Below are positions 29,120-39,336 of a DNA stretch of 64,000 bases, piece after piece; the stretch's first letter is position 1, and the number at the start of each line of letters is the position of its first letter. The notes below the pieces were generated by a model. That model saw only the letters and a list, made by a program, of their open reading frames with translations. It did no database searches and was not told where the DNA came from. The translations under genes were made by a program, and so were the position numbers. Source of the stretch: Candidatus Campbellbacteria bacterium (lineage in GTDB: Bacteria; Patescibacteriota; Minisyncoccia; Phycocordibacterales; EsbW-18); assembly GCA_024653945.1 (NCBI GenBank), contig JANLIT010000002.1, positions 146,508 to 210,507 of the forward strand. The letters are read 5' to 3'.

Positions 29120-29580
29120 GTATAAAAAAATCACTATGGATAATTATGACGATCGCCGCTGTCATTGCGGGGGCTTTTGTGTTCTATAAGAAGCTACCAT
29201 CTCTGCCGGCATCTCCAATTGAAGTTGTCACACCATCTGCAATACATACATGGGAGACAAAGATTGACGAACAGGCCGGCGTGACGGTGTCTGTCACTCC
29301 GGAAATAAACCTGGTAGATTCACAAGAGTGGAAGTTCGACATTATTATGGATACCCATTCGGTTGAGTTAGATCAGAATATGACCGAAGTTGCTGTGCTT
29401 GTCGATGACTTTGGAAATGAGTACGGTCCAACTACATGGGAGGGTGCGCCAGTAGGAGGTCACCACCGAGGAGGTGTTCTTGTCTTTACTCCGATTGTGC
29501 CGTATCCACAACATTTGAAATTAAATATACAAGGCGTTGGTGGCGTGCAAAGATCGTTTTCGTGGATTCTGACCGAATAA
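29116..29580 (+). CDS. Exported hypothetical protein
   Basis: 'DTHSVELD', 'GGHHRGG'. Confidence 0.75.
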   Translation: MSIKKSLWIIMTIAAVIAGAFVFYKKLPSLPASPIEVVTPSAIHTWETKIDEQAGVTVSVTPEINLVDSQEWKFDIIMDTHSVELDQNMTEVAVLVDDFGNEYGPTTWEGAPVGGHHRGGVLVFTPIVPYPQHLKLNIQGVGGVQRSFSWILTE

Positions 29581-29632
29581 CGTTATAGATGCGAGCGTCA
29601 TGCTGGTGCGTTTTGTGGTACAATGACGCACT

Positions 29633-30667
29633 ATGGCAGATTTAAATCAAAAAAAGTACACATTTCATGTTCATGGAATGCACTGTAAAGCATGTGTGCT
29701 TTTGACGGAAGCCGAACTAAAAGAATTGCCTAACGTGTCGTATGTAAAATCAAGTCTTACCAATCATTCAGTTGAAGTGGTGGGGGATTTTGGTGACAAA
29801 ACACCAGAGCAAATTGCGCAGGAATTGACCATTCCATTGAAAGCAAGTGGGTACATCGTGTCGGTTGAACGACAAGAACACACAGCAATATGGAGTGATT
29901 TTAAAATCGCGATTCCAATAGCACTTGGGTTTGCGGTGCTCTTTGTTCTGTTACAAAAGGCAGGACTGGTGAATCTTATCAACGCAAATGGCGTGTCGTA
30001 TGGAACGGCATTTGTTATTGGTATTGTTGCATCGCTCTCAACATGTATGGCAGTTGTTGGGGGACTCCTCCTCTCTATGTCTGCAACGTTTGCCAAGGAG
30101 GGAGACAAGATTAAACCACAACTCATGTTTCATGGCGGGCGCATTGTTTCATTCTTTCTTCTCGGTGGGGTTATTGGTGCGCTGGGATCGGCATTTACAC
30201 TCGGTACAATGGGAACGTTTATTTTAGGTCTCCTTGTTGCACTCGTGATGCTCATTCTCGGCATCAATCTTCTCGATGTATTTCCATGGGCGAAAAAGTT
30301 ACAACTATCAATGCCAGCATTTATAGGGAAGCATGCGCACGGTATTTCAAAATTCAATCACACACTCACACCACTTCTCGTTGGTGTTGCAACATTCTTT
30401 TTGCCGTGTGGATTCACACAGTCAATGCAGTTGTATGCACTTACAACAGGAAGTTTTATGAGTGGGGGACTCACCATGCTTGCCTTTGCCCTCGGTACAC
30501 TACCAGTTTTGACACTCGTGAGCTTTAGTTCATTTAGTATTAAAAATAGTTCAAAATCGGGCATCTTCTTTAAATCAGCAGGACTTATTGTTATTATGTT
30601 TGCACTGTTTAATCTCATTAACAGTCTTGTGGTCATCGGTCTTATTCCACCAGTTTTTAGCTTCTAG
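29633..30667 (+). CDS. HMA domain plus DsbD_2/TauE-like membrane protein
   Basis: 'GMHCKAC', 'STCMAVVGG', 'LPCGFTQ', 'FALGT'. Confidence 0.9.
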   Translation: MADLNQKKYTFHVHGMHCKACVLLTEAELKELPNVSYVKSSLTNHSVEVVGDFGDKTPEQIAQELTIPLKASGYIVSVERQEHTAIWSDFKIAIPIALGFAVLFVLLQKAGLVNLINANGVSYGTAFVIGIVASLSTCMAVVGGLLLSMSATFAKEGDKIKPQLMFHGGRIVSFFLLGGVIGALGSAFTLGTMGTFILGLLVALVMLILGINLLDVFPWAKKLQLSMPAFIGKHAHGISKFNHTLTPLLVGVATFFLPCGFTQSMQLYALTTGSFMSGGLTMLAFALGTLPVLTLVSFSSFSIKNSSKSGIFFKSAGLIVIMFALFNLINSLVVIGLIPPVFSF

Positions 30668-30674
30668 TATCCGT

Positions 30675-31064
30675 ATGAACAAACTCACACTTCTGTCATT
30701 CGTTATTGCCGGCGCACTTATCTTTTTTGCGTTCACTTTCTCTAAATCAAACCCACTTCCAAATGATGTTCCAGAAAACAACGTTTCAATTGTGGATGGG
30801 GTTCAGGTTGTTGAAATTCTTGCAAAAGGAGGATACTTTCCTGAAAAAAGTGTGGCAAAGGCAGGTATTCCAACTATTTTGCGTCTCAAAACCAGCGGTA
30901 CGTTTGATTGTTCATCAATAGTCCGTATTCCGAGCTTGAATATCACGAAAAATCTGCCACCATCGGGAGGTCTTGATGTGGACCTCGGAAGTCCAAAAGC
31001 CGGAGTGATGCAGGGAACATGTGGTATGGGTATGTACCCATACGAAATTGATTTTCAAGAATAA
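30675..31064 (+). CDS. Cupredoxin-domain protein
   Basis: 'GGY.P', 'DCSS', 'CGMGMY'. Confidence 0.85.
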   Translation: MNKLTLLSFVIAGALIFFAFTFSKSNPLPNDVPENNVSIVDGVQVVEILAKGGYFPEKSVAKAGIPTILRLKTSGTFDCSSIVRIPSLNITKNLPPSGGLDVDLGSPKAGVMQGTCGMGMYPYEIDFQE

Positions 31065-31135
31065 TTTAATTATTTTCTGGTATATTCTGCACATAATTTT
31101 GAAAAAAGGTATGTGCGGGATATACTCTCTCTGTT

Positions 31136-31678
31136 ATGGAAACAATCCCCTATCCAATCATTAATACGCTCATCATGCTCGGCATTGCCGTGCTGCAGGT
31201 GGCATCTCTTACACTTTTGCTCGGATTGCTCAACGTGCGTGGGTTTTCTTCTGTGGTTTCGTTTGTCCGCTCTCGTGGAATGACCATTTCGTTTCTTATT
31301 CTTTTCGCGTCATTTATTGGTAGCTTGTACTACTCAGAAATTGCTGGTTTTCCAGCATGCTCGCTGTGTTGGTATCAGCGAATTCTTCTCTACCCGCAAC
31401 TTATTCTTTTTGGCGCCGCGTTGTGGAAGGGAAGACAGGATGTGTTTTTGTACACCAACACACTTTCGGCTGTTGGGTTATGTATTGCGCTGTACAACAT
31501 TGCCATTCAAACATTTCAAACAGTTTCCACTTTTTGTGATCCAGGAGGATTGGCCGTGTCATGTCTTCAAAAATATGTTATTGGGTACGGATACATTACT
31601 ATTCCGGTGATGTCAGCAACGGCTTTTGCACTTCTTCTTCTTATTGGTTGGGCAATGAGCCCCAAAATGGACAAGTAA
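31136..31678 (+). CDS. Disulfide bond formation protein DsbB/BdbC
   Basis: 'SLYYSEI', 'CSLCWYQR', 'ITIP'. Confidence 0.9.
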   Translation: METIPYPIINTLIMLGIAVLQVASLTLLLGLLNVRGFSSVVSFVRSRGMTISFLILFASFIGSLYYSEIAGFPACSLCWYQRILLYPQLILFGAALWKGRQDVFLYTNTLSAVGLCIALYNIAIQTFQTVSTFCDPGGLAVSCLQKYVIGYGYITIPVMSATAFALLLLIGWAMSPKMDK

Positions 31679-31747
31679 GGGTTTTTTGCACTGTGGTATA
31701 ATGATCTTATTAGTACAGTTGTTTTTATTTAATTTCCATATTTATTT

Positions 31748-32410
31748 ATGCACCAAAAAACTATCTGGGTTCTTATTATTGTTATCCTTCTTGCCGGCGG
31801 TTGGTATTTTATGTCGCGTAAGACGGTGGAAGCTCCTAATGACATAGCAACAACAACACGGCAAGGTTCCGTGGGTACGCTCACTGACGGTGTGTACGCA
31901 CTTGATGTAGAGAAAAGTTCCCTTACATGGACGGGAAGTAAGACACTCATTAAAGAATATTTTGACAACGGAACGCTTTCATTCAAGGAAGGGTCTGTAA
32001 TTGTAACGGGGGGCACTCTTGTTGCGGGTTCGTTTGTTGTTGATATGAAGTCATTCAAAACGATTTCAACAAGCAATCAAAAAGTTCCAGGAAGCGCTCT
32101 GGAGACTCATCTCAAATCGGCAGATTTTTTTGATGTTGCAACGTATCCGATTGCAACCGTTGGTATCAAGAGTGTTGAAAACGGCATCGTGAAAGCGGAC
32201 GTAACCATTAAAAATGTGACGAAGGAGGTTTCTTTCCCGGCAACAATTTCACAAGATGGAAAAACACTTTCAGGCACAGCATCACTGACTCTTGACAGAA
32301 CACTGTGGGACATTCGTTACGGTTCAGGCAAATTCTTTAGTGATCTTGGGGATAAGGTTATTTCAGACTCGGTCAAAATTGACCTTACACTCGTTGCGCA
32401 AAGTAACTAG
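31748..32410 (+). CDS. YceI family protein
   Basis: 'HLKSADFFDVATYP', 'LDRT.WDI.YGS'. Confidence 0.92.
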   Translation: MHQKTIWVLIIVILLAGGWYFMSRKTVEAPNDIATTTRQGSVGTLTDGVYALDVEKSSLTWTGSKTLIKEYFDNGTLSFKEGSVIVTGGTLVAGSFVVDMKSFKTISTSNQKVPGSALETHLKSADFFDVATYPIATVGIKSVENGIVKADVTIKNVTKEVSFPATISQDGKTLSGTASLTLDRTLWDIRYGSGKFFSDLGDKVISDSVKIDLTLVAQSN

Positions 32411-32526
32411 CACACAAAGAGATTCAATCTCTAAGAACGACACCACCCTCACTGTGTAACATTTTACTGACCTCGGCGTATACTGGAGTAGATAGTACCA
32501 ATATTAAACAACTAACATTTCATTAT

Positions 32527-33387
32527 ATGGAAACAAGTGCAGTACAAAAAGCGGTAAAGTATCTTGGGTGGCTTTGTATCGTTCTCATTATTTTTGTTGG
32601 TGTTTCAGCATTAAATGCTCTTAAAGAAAACCGCTACATTGGCGGAGGGGTTTCTGCGTCTAACGTCATTACCATCAACGGTGAAGGCGAAGTATTTGCG
32701 GTTCCCGATATTGCAGAAATAGGTTTTTCGGTTTTTGCAGAGAAAAAAACACTAACCGAAGCACAGAGTGTATCGGCAGAAAAGATGAATACAATTCTCG
32801 CATTCCTTAAAGACCAAGGAATTGATGACAAAGATATTAAAACGACCAACTACAGTGCAAATCCGAAATATGAATGGACAAACGAAGTAACGCCAATGTC
32901 TAGTGGTTCGTCTGGTGCCGCAGAGCCTGGATATGGTGGTGTGCAAACATCTGTTGTATATCCTGACTACTACCCACGACCACAAAATCAAGTCATTGTT
33001 GGGTATGAAGTTCGACAAACTATTACCGTGAAAATTCGTGATACAGAGAAAGTCGGGGCACTCGTTTCTGGTATTGGTGAGAAGGGTGCGACCGATATCT
33101 ACGGTCCAACATTTACCATTGATGATGAGGTGGCATTGCAACGCGAAGCACGTCAGAAAGCAATTGATGATGCAAAAAATAAAGCAGAACAATTGGCAAA
33201 AGACCTCGGTGTAAGAATCGTGCGCATTGTAAGTTTCTCGGAAAATGGTGGTGGCTACTACCCAATGATGTTTAAGGGTATGGAAGCAACAGTATCAAGT
33301 GATTCTTCAGTTCCACCCGTCCCCCAAATTCCAGTTGGTGAGAACAAAATCACTGCAAACGTTTCTATTACGTACGAAATTCGCTAG
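32527..33387 (+). CDS. SIMPL (DUF541) domain protein
   Basis: 'GEGEV.AVPD', 'IKTTNY', 'AR..AI.DA..KA..LA', 'GE..I..NV.I.Y'. Confidence 0.92.
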   Translation: METSAVQKAVKYLGWLCIVLIIFVGVSALNALKENRYIGGGVSASNVITINGEGEVFAVPDIAEIGFSVFAEKKTLTEAQSVSAEKMNTILAFLKDQGIDDKDIKTTNYSANPKYEWTNEVTPMSSGSSGAAEPGYGGVQTSVVYPDYYPRPQNQVIVGYEVRQTITVKIRDTEKVGALVSGIGEKGATDIYGPTFTIDDEVALQREARQKAIDDAKNKAEQLAKDLGVRIVRIVSFSENGGGYYPMMFKGMEATVSSDSSVPPVPQIPVGENKITANVSITYEIR

Positions 33388-33540
33388 CTCTGCACTCGTC
33401 TCATATTTTGTAGAAGCACGAAAACCGCCTGGTGGCGGTTTTCTCCTTCCAGCGCCGCCGCGCTTCCAGAGGCTTCTACAAAATAGAGACTCACTCCGTA
33501 CCCCGAACTTTTGTGTTACAAAAGTTCGGTGAAAATACAA
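33388..33540 (+). repeat. Structured repeat family B, copy B
   Basis: Starts immediately after TAG; ends in the gaacttttg..caaaagttc hairpin. Confidence 0.8.
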
Positions 33541-33578
33541 GAAGTGCTACAATATACCTAACACCCTAACACCTTTTC

Positions 33579-35327
33579 ATGCACTTTGATTTACAACAAC
33601 TCATTCAGTTTCTTGTTGATACAAAAATGCTTTCCCTTGGTAAGGCGCAAGAACTTGAAAAACGGGCCCTCGAGCAAAAAATGTCGTTTGAGGATCTCGT
33701 TGTGTCCGAGGGAATTATTCCTGAAGATGATTTGCGGAGAGCAAAATCGCACGTTCTCGGCATTCCATTTGTTGATTTAAAGAATGAAAAAATAGATTTC
33801 AAAACACTGTCGCTCATTCCTGAACCGATTGCTCGTTCAAATAATGTTGTTGCATTTCGTGTTACGGGCACAGATTTAGAGGTTGCCATGTTGGATGTGC
33901 AGGACCTTAAGGCAATTGACTTCATAAAAAAGAAAACAGGTCTTAGCATCCTTCCGCGTCTTACCGATGTTGACTCAATAAAAAATGCACTCATTCAATA
34001 CCAACGAAGTTTGAAATTGGAGTTTGGTGATATTTTGAAAAATGAGGCAGCTGCACTTTCTGCTACATCGGGAAGTGTTGGTGAAAATGCCTCTGGAGAA
34101 ACACTCAAAAAGTTAGCCGAAGATCTTCCCGTGGTACGTATTGTTGAAACGCTTATCCGCCACGCGGTTGTTGAGGGTGCATCTGATATTCATATTGAAC
34201 CCATGGAAAAGGATTTGCTTATTCGGTACCGCATTGACGGACTACTTCATGATGCAATGACCTTACCCAAACAGGTTTCGGCCGGAATAGTCGCGCGCAT
34301 TAAGGTGCTTTCCAATTTAAAACTTGATGAAAAACGACTACCACAGGATGGACGATTTAAAATGGACATTGAAAGTGAACGTGTGAGTTTTCGTGTTTCA
34401 ACACTTCCTATTTACTACGGAGAGAAGATTGTGATGCGTATTCTTCACGAAGGCGCATCCGGTTTTACACTTGAAACACTCGGTTTTCACGGAGAAGGAC
34501 TTGAAGCGCTCCATTGGGCAACAAAGCAGGCAACGGGATTGATTCTTGCAACCGGTCCGACTGGGTCAGGTAAGACAACGACCCTGTATACAGTTTTGGA
34601 TATTCTCAACACACCAGATGTAAACATTTCAACCATTGAAGACCCAATTGAGTATCAGATGCCACGGGTAAATCAGACGCAAGTAAAACCAGAAATAGGG
34701 ATGACGTTTGGAAATGGATTGCGCGCACTTGTTCGTCAGGACCCGGATATTATTATGGTGGGAGAAATTCGTGATGGAGAAACGGTCGGACTTGCAATCA
34801 ACGCCGCATTGACCGGACACCTCGTACTCTCAACAATTCACACAAACTCCGCAGCTGGTGCGGTGCCAAGAATGTTGGACATGGGTGCGGAACCATTTCT
34901 TATCGCATCTACGCTCAAGGTCATTGTTGGTCAGCGTCTTGTGCGTGTTCTTGCACGAAAAGAAAAATATTCTCTGTCTGCGGATGAATTAAAAGCGCTT
35001 GGTAAGTCAGTTGACCTTGATCGCATGCTCGGCTTTCTTATAACCGAAGGATTGGTTGCAAAGAACGCAACGTGGAAAGAAGTTCCGTTCTATCGTCCAA
35101 AAGAAGTGAAAGACGGAGATGATGGATACAAGGGGCGTATTGGTATTCATGAGGTGCTTAAGGTTTCAAGTGCACTACGCGAACTTATGATTAAACGTGC
35201 CTCAATGGAAGAAATGGAAAATCAAGCAAAGAGCGAGGGAATGATGACGATGATTGAGGACGGTGTCTTTAAGGCGGTTATGGGTTTGACGACCCTTGAG
35301 GAGGTGTTGCGTGTGGTTACCGAATAA
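33579..35327 (+). CDS. pilB: Type IV pilus assembly ATPase PilB/GspE
   Basis: 'ASDIHIEP', 'RLPQDGR', 'GPTGSGKTTT', 'RQDPD', 'TGHLV'. Confidence 0.95.
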   Translation: MHFDLQQLIQFLVDTKMLSLGKAQELEKRALEQKMSFEDLVVSEGIIPEDDLRRAKSHVLGIPFVDLKNEKIDFKTLSLIPEPIARSNNVVAFRVTGTDLEVAMLDVQDLKAIDFIKKKTGLSILPRLTDVDSIKNALIQYQRSLKLEFGDILKNEAAALSATSGSVGENASGETLKKLAEDLPVVRIVETLIRHAVVEGASDIHIEPMEKDLLIRYRIDGLLHDAMTLPKQVSAGIVARIKVLSNLKLDEKRLPQDGRFKMDIESERVSFRVSTLPIYYGEKIVMRILHEGASGFTLETLGFHGEGLEALHWATKQATGLILATGPTGSGKTTTLYTVLDILNTPDVNISTIEDPIEYQMPRVNQTQVKPEIGMTFGNGLRALVRQDPDIIMVGEIRDGETVGLAINAALTGHLVLSTIHTNSAAGAVPRMLDMGAEPFLIASTLKVIVGQRLVRVLARKEKYSLSADELKALGKSVDLDRMLGFLITEGLVAKNATWKEVPFYRPKEVKDGDDGYKGRIGIHEVLKVSSALRELMIKRASMEEMENQAKSEGMMTMIEDGVFKAVMGLTTLEEVLRVVTE

Positions 35328-35477
35328 CTCTCCACTCGCCTAGATTGCCTCAAAAGCACGCGTCGTTTTCTGCTGAAAACGCGCTCACTCTCGGACTCAC
35401 GTCCTCCGAGAGTCTTTTTCGGCAATAGGCGAGCTCCGTACCACGAACTTTTGTTGTACAAAAGTTCTGTAAAATAC
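35328..35477 (+). repeat. Structured repeat family B, copy C
   Basis: Starts immediately after the pilB TAA; same architecture as copies A and B. Confidence 0.8.
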
Positions 35478-35531
35478 ACAGAATCCACCACGTGTGGGTT
35501 TTTTTGTGCGTAACTATGCGATAATGGTGCT

Positions 35532-36743
35532 ATGCGTTTGAAGTACAAAGCGGTAGCGGCTACAGGTGAAGTCTACGAAAAAATTACGGACGCGGAAGAT
35601 TCATTTGCGCTTGCCAAACAACTCACCGAAGAAGGTGAAACCCTTGTTGTTGCGACCGAAATAAAAGAAAAGGTATGGTATCAGCGATTTAATATTGACT
35701 TCGGAGGTGGTATTAAAATTACAGAGAAGATTACGTTTGCAAAAAATCTTGCAGCAATGGTTGATGCGGGTCTTACAATATCGCGAGGTATCGCAATTAT
35801 GGAACGACAATCAGGAAGTAGAAAGTTTCGTGAAGTACTCTCTCTTATTGGTGCAGAAATTCAAAAAGGAACACCTGTTTCAGCTGCGTTTGCAAAATTT
35901 CCAAAAGTATTTACAACGCTTTTTGTTGCCATGGTTCGTGCTGGAGAAGAATCGGGGAAGCTTGGAGAGGCACTACGTATTACCGCCGAACAGATGGATA
36001 GAAGTTTTGCACTCCGCCGTCGTATTCGTGGTGCGATGATGTATCCAGCCGTTATTATGTCGCTCATGGTGGTTATTGGTATTCTCATGCTCATGTATGT
36101 TGTTCCGACACTGACGACTACCTTTAAAGAATTAAAAGTTGACTTACCAGCAAGCACCCAGTTTATTATTACCATTTCGGACGGACTCGCAAATCATCCA
36201 ATACTCTATATTGGAGGACTCATACTTTTTGTTGTGTTGTGTATGCAGGCACTCCGAACTACTACGGGAAAGCGTCTGTTTGAACGTGCCATCATGCATT
36301 TGCCGGTTATTAAAACACTTGTGCAACAAACAAACTCTGCGCGTATGGCACGAACGTTCGCTTCACTCCTCTCGTCTGGTGTTGAAATTGTGTCAGGTAT
36401 CGGTATTACGAGTGATGTGCTACAGAACTCTTTTTACAAAGCGGTCTTAAAAGAAGCAGAAACAGAAATTCAAAAAGGAACACAACTTTCTGTTGTTTTT
36501 GCGCGGTATCCAAAGTTATATCCGCCCATGGTGACCGAAATGGTTGCTGTTGGAGAAGAAACGGGAAAACTACCGGACATGTTTCTCCAAATTGCGACAT
36601 TCCTTGAAACAGAAGTTGACCAGAAAACAAAAGACATGTCCACGATTATTGAGCCACTCCTGATGGTGGTTATTGGTGCGGCTGTTGGGTTTTTTGCCGT
36701 ATCAATGATTACACCAATTTACTCGCTTTCATCAAGTATTTAG
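35532..36743 (+). CDS. pilC: Type IV pilus platform protein PilC/GspF
   Basis: 'AGEESGKL', 'AMMYP', 'VGEETGKL', 'IIEP'. Confidence 0.95.
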   Translation: MRLKYKAVAATGEVYEKITDAEDSFALAKQLTEEGETLVVATEIKEKVWYQRFNIDFGGGIKITEKITFAKNLAAMVDAGLTISRGIAIMERQSGSRKFREVLSLIGAEIQKGTPVSAAFAKFPKVFTTLFVAMVRAGEESGKLGEALRITAEQMDRSFALRRRIRGAMMYPAVIMSLMVVIGILMLMYVVPTLTTTFKELKVDLPASTQFIITISDGLANHPILYIGGLILFVVLCMQALRTTTGKRLFERAIMHLPVIKTLVQQTNSARMARTFASLLSSGVEIVSGIGITSDVLQNSFYKAVLKEAETEIQKGTQLSVVFARYPKLYPPMVTEMVAVGEETGKLPDMFLQIATFLETEVDQKTKDMSTIIEPLLMVVIGAAVGFFAVSMITPIYSLSSSI

Positions 36744-36781
36744 GACAAGAGACATGAAACATGTAACAGGAAACATGTACC

Positions 36782-38623
36782 ATGAAGCATAAAACAAATA
36801 ACAAAACACAAGAATCAAATTGTTACATGGTACATGCTACACGACACATGAATGCTGGGTTCACCCTTGTGGAGACAGTGGTCGCATCCACGATATTTCT
36901 TCTCATTGCAGTGAGTTTGTATCAAGCATACACAACACTTTTTCGTGTCATTAATTCATCGCGTGTCAATCTTGTCGCATCATCCCTCGCGACTGAACAG
37001 TTTGAAATTATACGCAACATGCCGTACGCAAAAGTTGGTGTTGCCGGAAGTATTCCTTCGGGCCTTGTTCCTCATACCCAAACACTCATACGTGATGGAT
37101 TTACATTTACCGTGACAACGATTGTGCGAAATATTGATAACCCGTTTGACGGCACGCTTGGGGGAACACCCAATGACACGGCTCCAGCTGACTATAAGCT
37201 TGTGGAGACAGAAATTGCATGTGACACGTGCAGAGACTTTCCACCAAAGATATTTACAACACACGTTAGTCCAAAAAACCTTGAGCTCGCCTCAACAAAT
37301 GGTGCACTCTTTGTTCGTGTTTTTGACGCGAATGGTGTGCCGGTACAAGGTGCTGATGTGCGTGTAGAAAATAATCAAATCGTGCCGTCTATTCGCATAG
37401 ATGACGTTACCGATACCAATGGAAACTTGCAACTTGTTGATATTCCGCCAGGCGCGGGGGCGTATGAAGTATACGTGAGTAAAGACGGATACTCTTCAGA
37501 CCAAACATATACCGCCACAGTGAGCAACCCAAATCCAACGACGCCGTATGCAACGGTTGCCCAACAGCAGGTTACCCAAATTAGTTTTTCTATAGACAAG
37601 GTAAGTTCGTTGTCTATTACCAGCGTTACGCAAACATGTGAAGCAGTTGCCGGTGTTGGTATTGATATACAAGGCAGTAAGCTTATAGGCACAAGTCCTG
37701 ATGTAAATAAATACTCTCAATCGCATACAACGAACGGGTTGGGAGAAAAAGTAATAAATGATTTAGAGTGGGATACCTACTCACTTTCGGTGAGTGGTAG
37801 TACATACCAACTTCTCGGTCTTATTCCACTTCTTCCTCCAACAATTGCACCCGACTCCAATCTTGATGTACAAGTGGTTGTTGGCCCACTTAATCCAAAC
37901 GCACTACTGGTAACTGTTAAAGACAGTGCAACAGCACTACCTATATCCGAGGCAGATGTTGCGATTACGGGGGAAGAGACGCAAACAACAGGGCGAGGAT
38001 TTTTGCGACAAACGGATTGGTCGGGCGGGTCTGGTGAAACGGTGTGGTCTGGTGGTTCTCGATATAGTTCAGATGATGGAAACATTGAAACCGATACGCC
38101 GGCGGGTGTTATGGAGTTGGTATTGTTTGCGGGATCGTACACTCCATCGGGTGATCTCACATCGTCAATATTTGATGTCGGAACAACAAGTAATTTTTAT
38201 AGAATTACGTGGCAACCAGAGGATCAGCCACCGCTTGCGGGCGCAGACCCTGTTCGTTTTCAGATTGCAACAAGTAATGATGTGGCGACAACGACATGGA
38301 ATTTTCTCGGACCAGATGCAACGAATGGTAGTTACTATACTGTTGCAGACCAAAATATTAATGTGGTCCACAATGCACAGCAATATTTTCGATACAAAGT
38401 TTTCTTAGAAACCGAGGATGTGTCCGTTACACCAACTATTTCAGACGTTTCGTTCACGTTTACCTCAGAGTGTGTTCCACCAGGTCAAGTTACATTTTCA
38501 GGACTTTCAAGTGGTTCGTATACTGTTTCTGTGTCAAAATCGGGATATCAACCATACACAAGTGCTCCACTATCAGTAACGAGCAATTTTATATCATATG
38601 AAGCGATTCTTACCCCAGAATGA
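36782..38623 (+). CDS. Large minor pilin with carboxypeptidase-regulatory-like domains
   Basis: Prepilin site 'AGFTLVE'; 'PVQGADV', 'SKDGY', 'SKSGY'; leader partly built from heptamer repeats. Confidence 0.85.
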   Translation: MKHKTNNKTQESNCYMVHATRHMNAGFTLVETVVASTIFLLIAVSLYQAYTTLFRVINSSRVNLVASSLATEQFEIIRNMPYAKVGVAGSIPSGLVPHTQTLIRDGFTFTVTTIVRNIDNPFDGTLGGTPNDTAPADYKLVETEIACDTCRDFPPKIFTTHVSPKNLELASTNGALFVRVFDANGVPVQGADVRVENNQIVPSIRIDDVTDTNGNLQLVDIPPGAGAYEVYVSKDGYSSDQTYTATVSNPNPTTPYATVAQQQVTQISFSIDKVSSLSITSVTQTCEAVAGVGIDIQGSKLIGTSPDVNKYSQSHTTNGLGEKVINDLEWDTYSLSVSGSTYQLLGLIPLLPPTIAPDSNLDVQVVVGPLNPNALLVTVKDSATALPISEADVAITGEETQTTGRGFLRQTDWSGGSGETVWSGGSRYSSDDGNIETDTPAGVMELVLFAGSYTPSGDLTSSIFDVGTTSNFYRITWQPEDQPPLAGADPVRFQIATSNDVATTTWNFLGPDATNGSYYTVADQNINVVHNAQQYFRYKVFLETEDVSVTPTISDVSFTFTSECVPPGQVTFSGLSSGSYTVSVSKSGYQPYTSAPLSVTSNFISYEAILTPE

Positions 38624-38691
38624 TACCTGCCTATATATGTATTCTCACAATACTAAAAAAGGATTCAGCCAGCACTAAACATTATATTTTT

Positions 38692-39333
38692 ATGATACTT
38701 TCTTTTATTACAAAAAAACCTTACAGAAAGAGACTGTTGTTTAGTGCTGGGTTCAGTCTCGTAGAGGCACTCGTCGCCATGGGAATTTTTACTGTCATTG
38801 GTATTGCGGTGATGACCTTTTTTTCCGACATTTTTTCATTCTCAAAGAGTGCTCAGGGACAATTACAAATACAGCAAGAATTGCAGGTGTTAACACGACG
38901 AATGAGTGCCGAGCTCCGTGCCGCGTCACAAAGTAGTGTTGGGTCATATGCGCTTGCAACGACCTCATCATCAACACTTTCGTTTTATGTAGATACTGAT
39001 AACGATGGCGTGAAAGAGCGGATACGATATTTTCTCCAAGGAACAGAACTAAAAAAAGGAACCTTGAAACCAACAGGGAGTCCGTTGGCGTATACAGGGA
39101 GCGAAACCACACGGAGTATGGTAAAAAATGTGCAAGCAACAACCACACCATTATTTTCGTACTACGATACCAACTATGCCGGAACAACAACACCGCTTAC
39201 GCAACCGGTTACTGTATCAAGCGTTCGTCTTGTGAAGATAACTATTGTTGTTGATGATAATGCACTTATTCCACCACCAGCGATTATTGGAACAACGCAG
39301 ATCTCTCTTCGTACCATTAAAGATAATTTGTAA
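38692..39333 (+). CDS. Minor pilin (PilW/GspJ-like)
   Basis: Prepilin site 'AGFSLVE'; start uncertain (ORF open from 38620). Confidence 0.8.
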   Translation: MILSFITKKPYRKRLLFSAGFSLVEALVAMGIFTVIGIAVMTFFSDIFSFSKSAQGQLQIQQELQVLTRRMSAELRAASQSSVGSYALATTSSSTLSFYVDTDNDGVKERIRYFLQGTELKKGTLKPTGSPLAYTGSETTRSMVKNVQATTTPLFSYYDTNYAGTTTPLTQPVTVSSVRLVKITIVVDDNALIPPPAIIGTTQISLRTIKDNL

Positions 39334-39336
39334 ACA

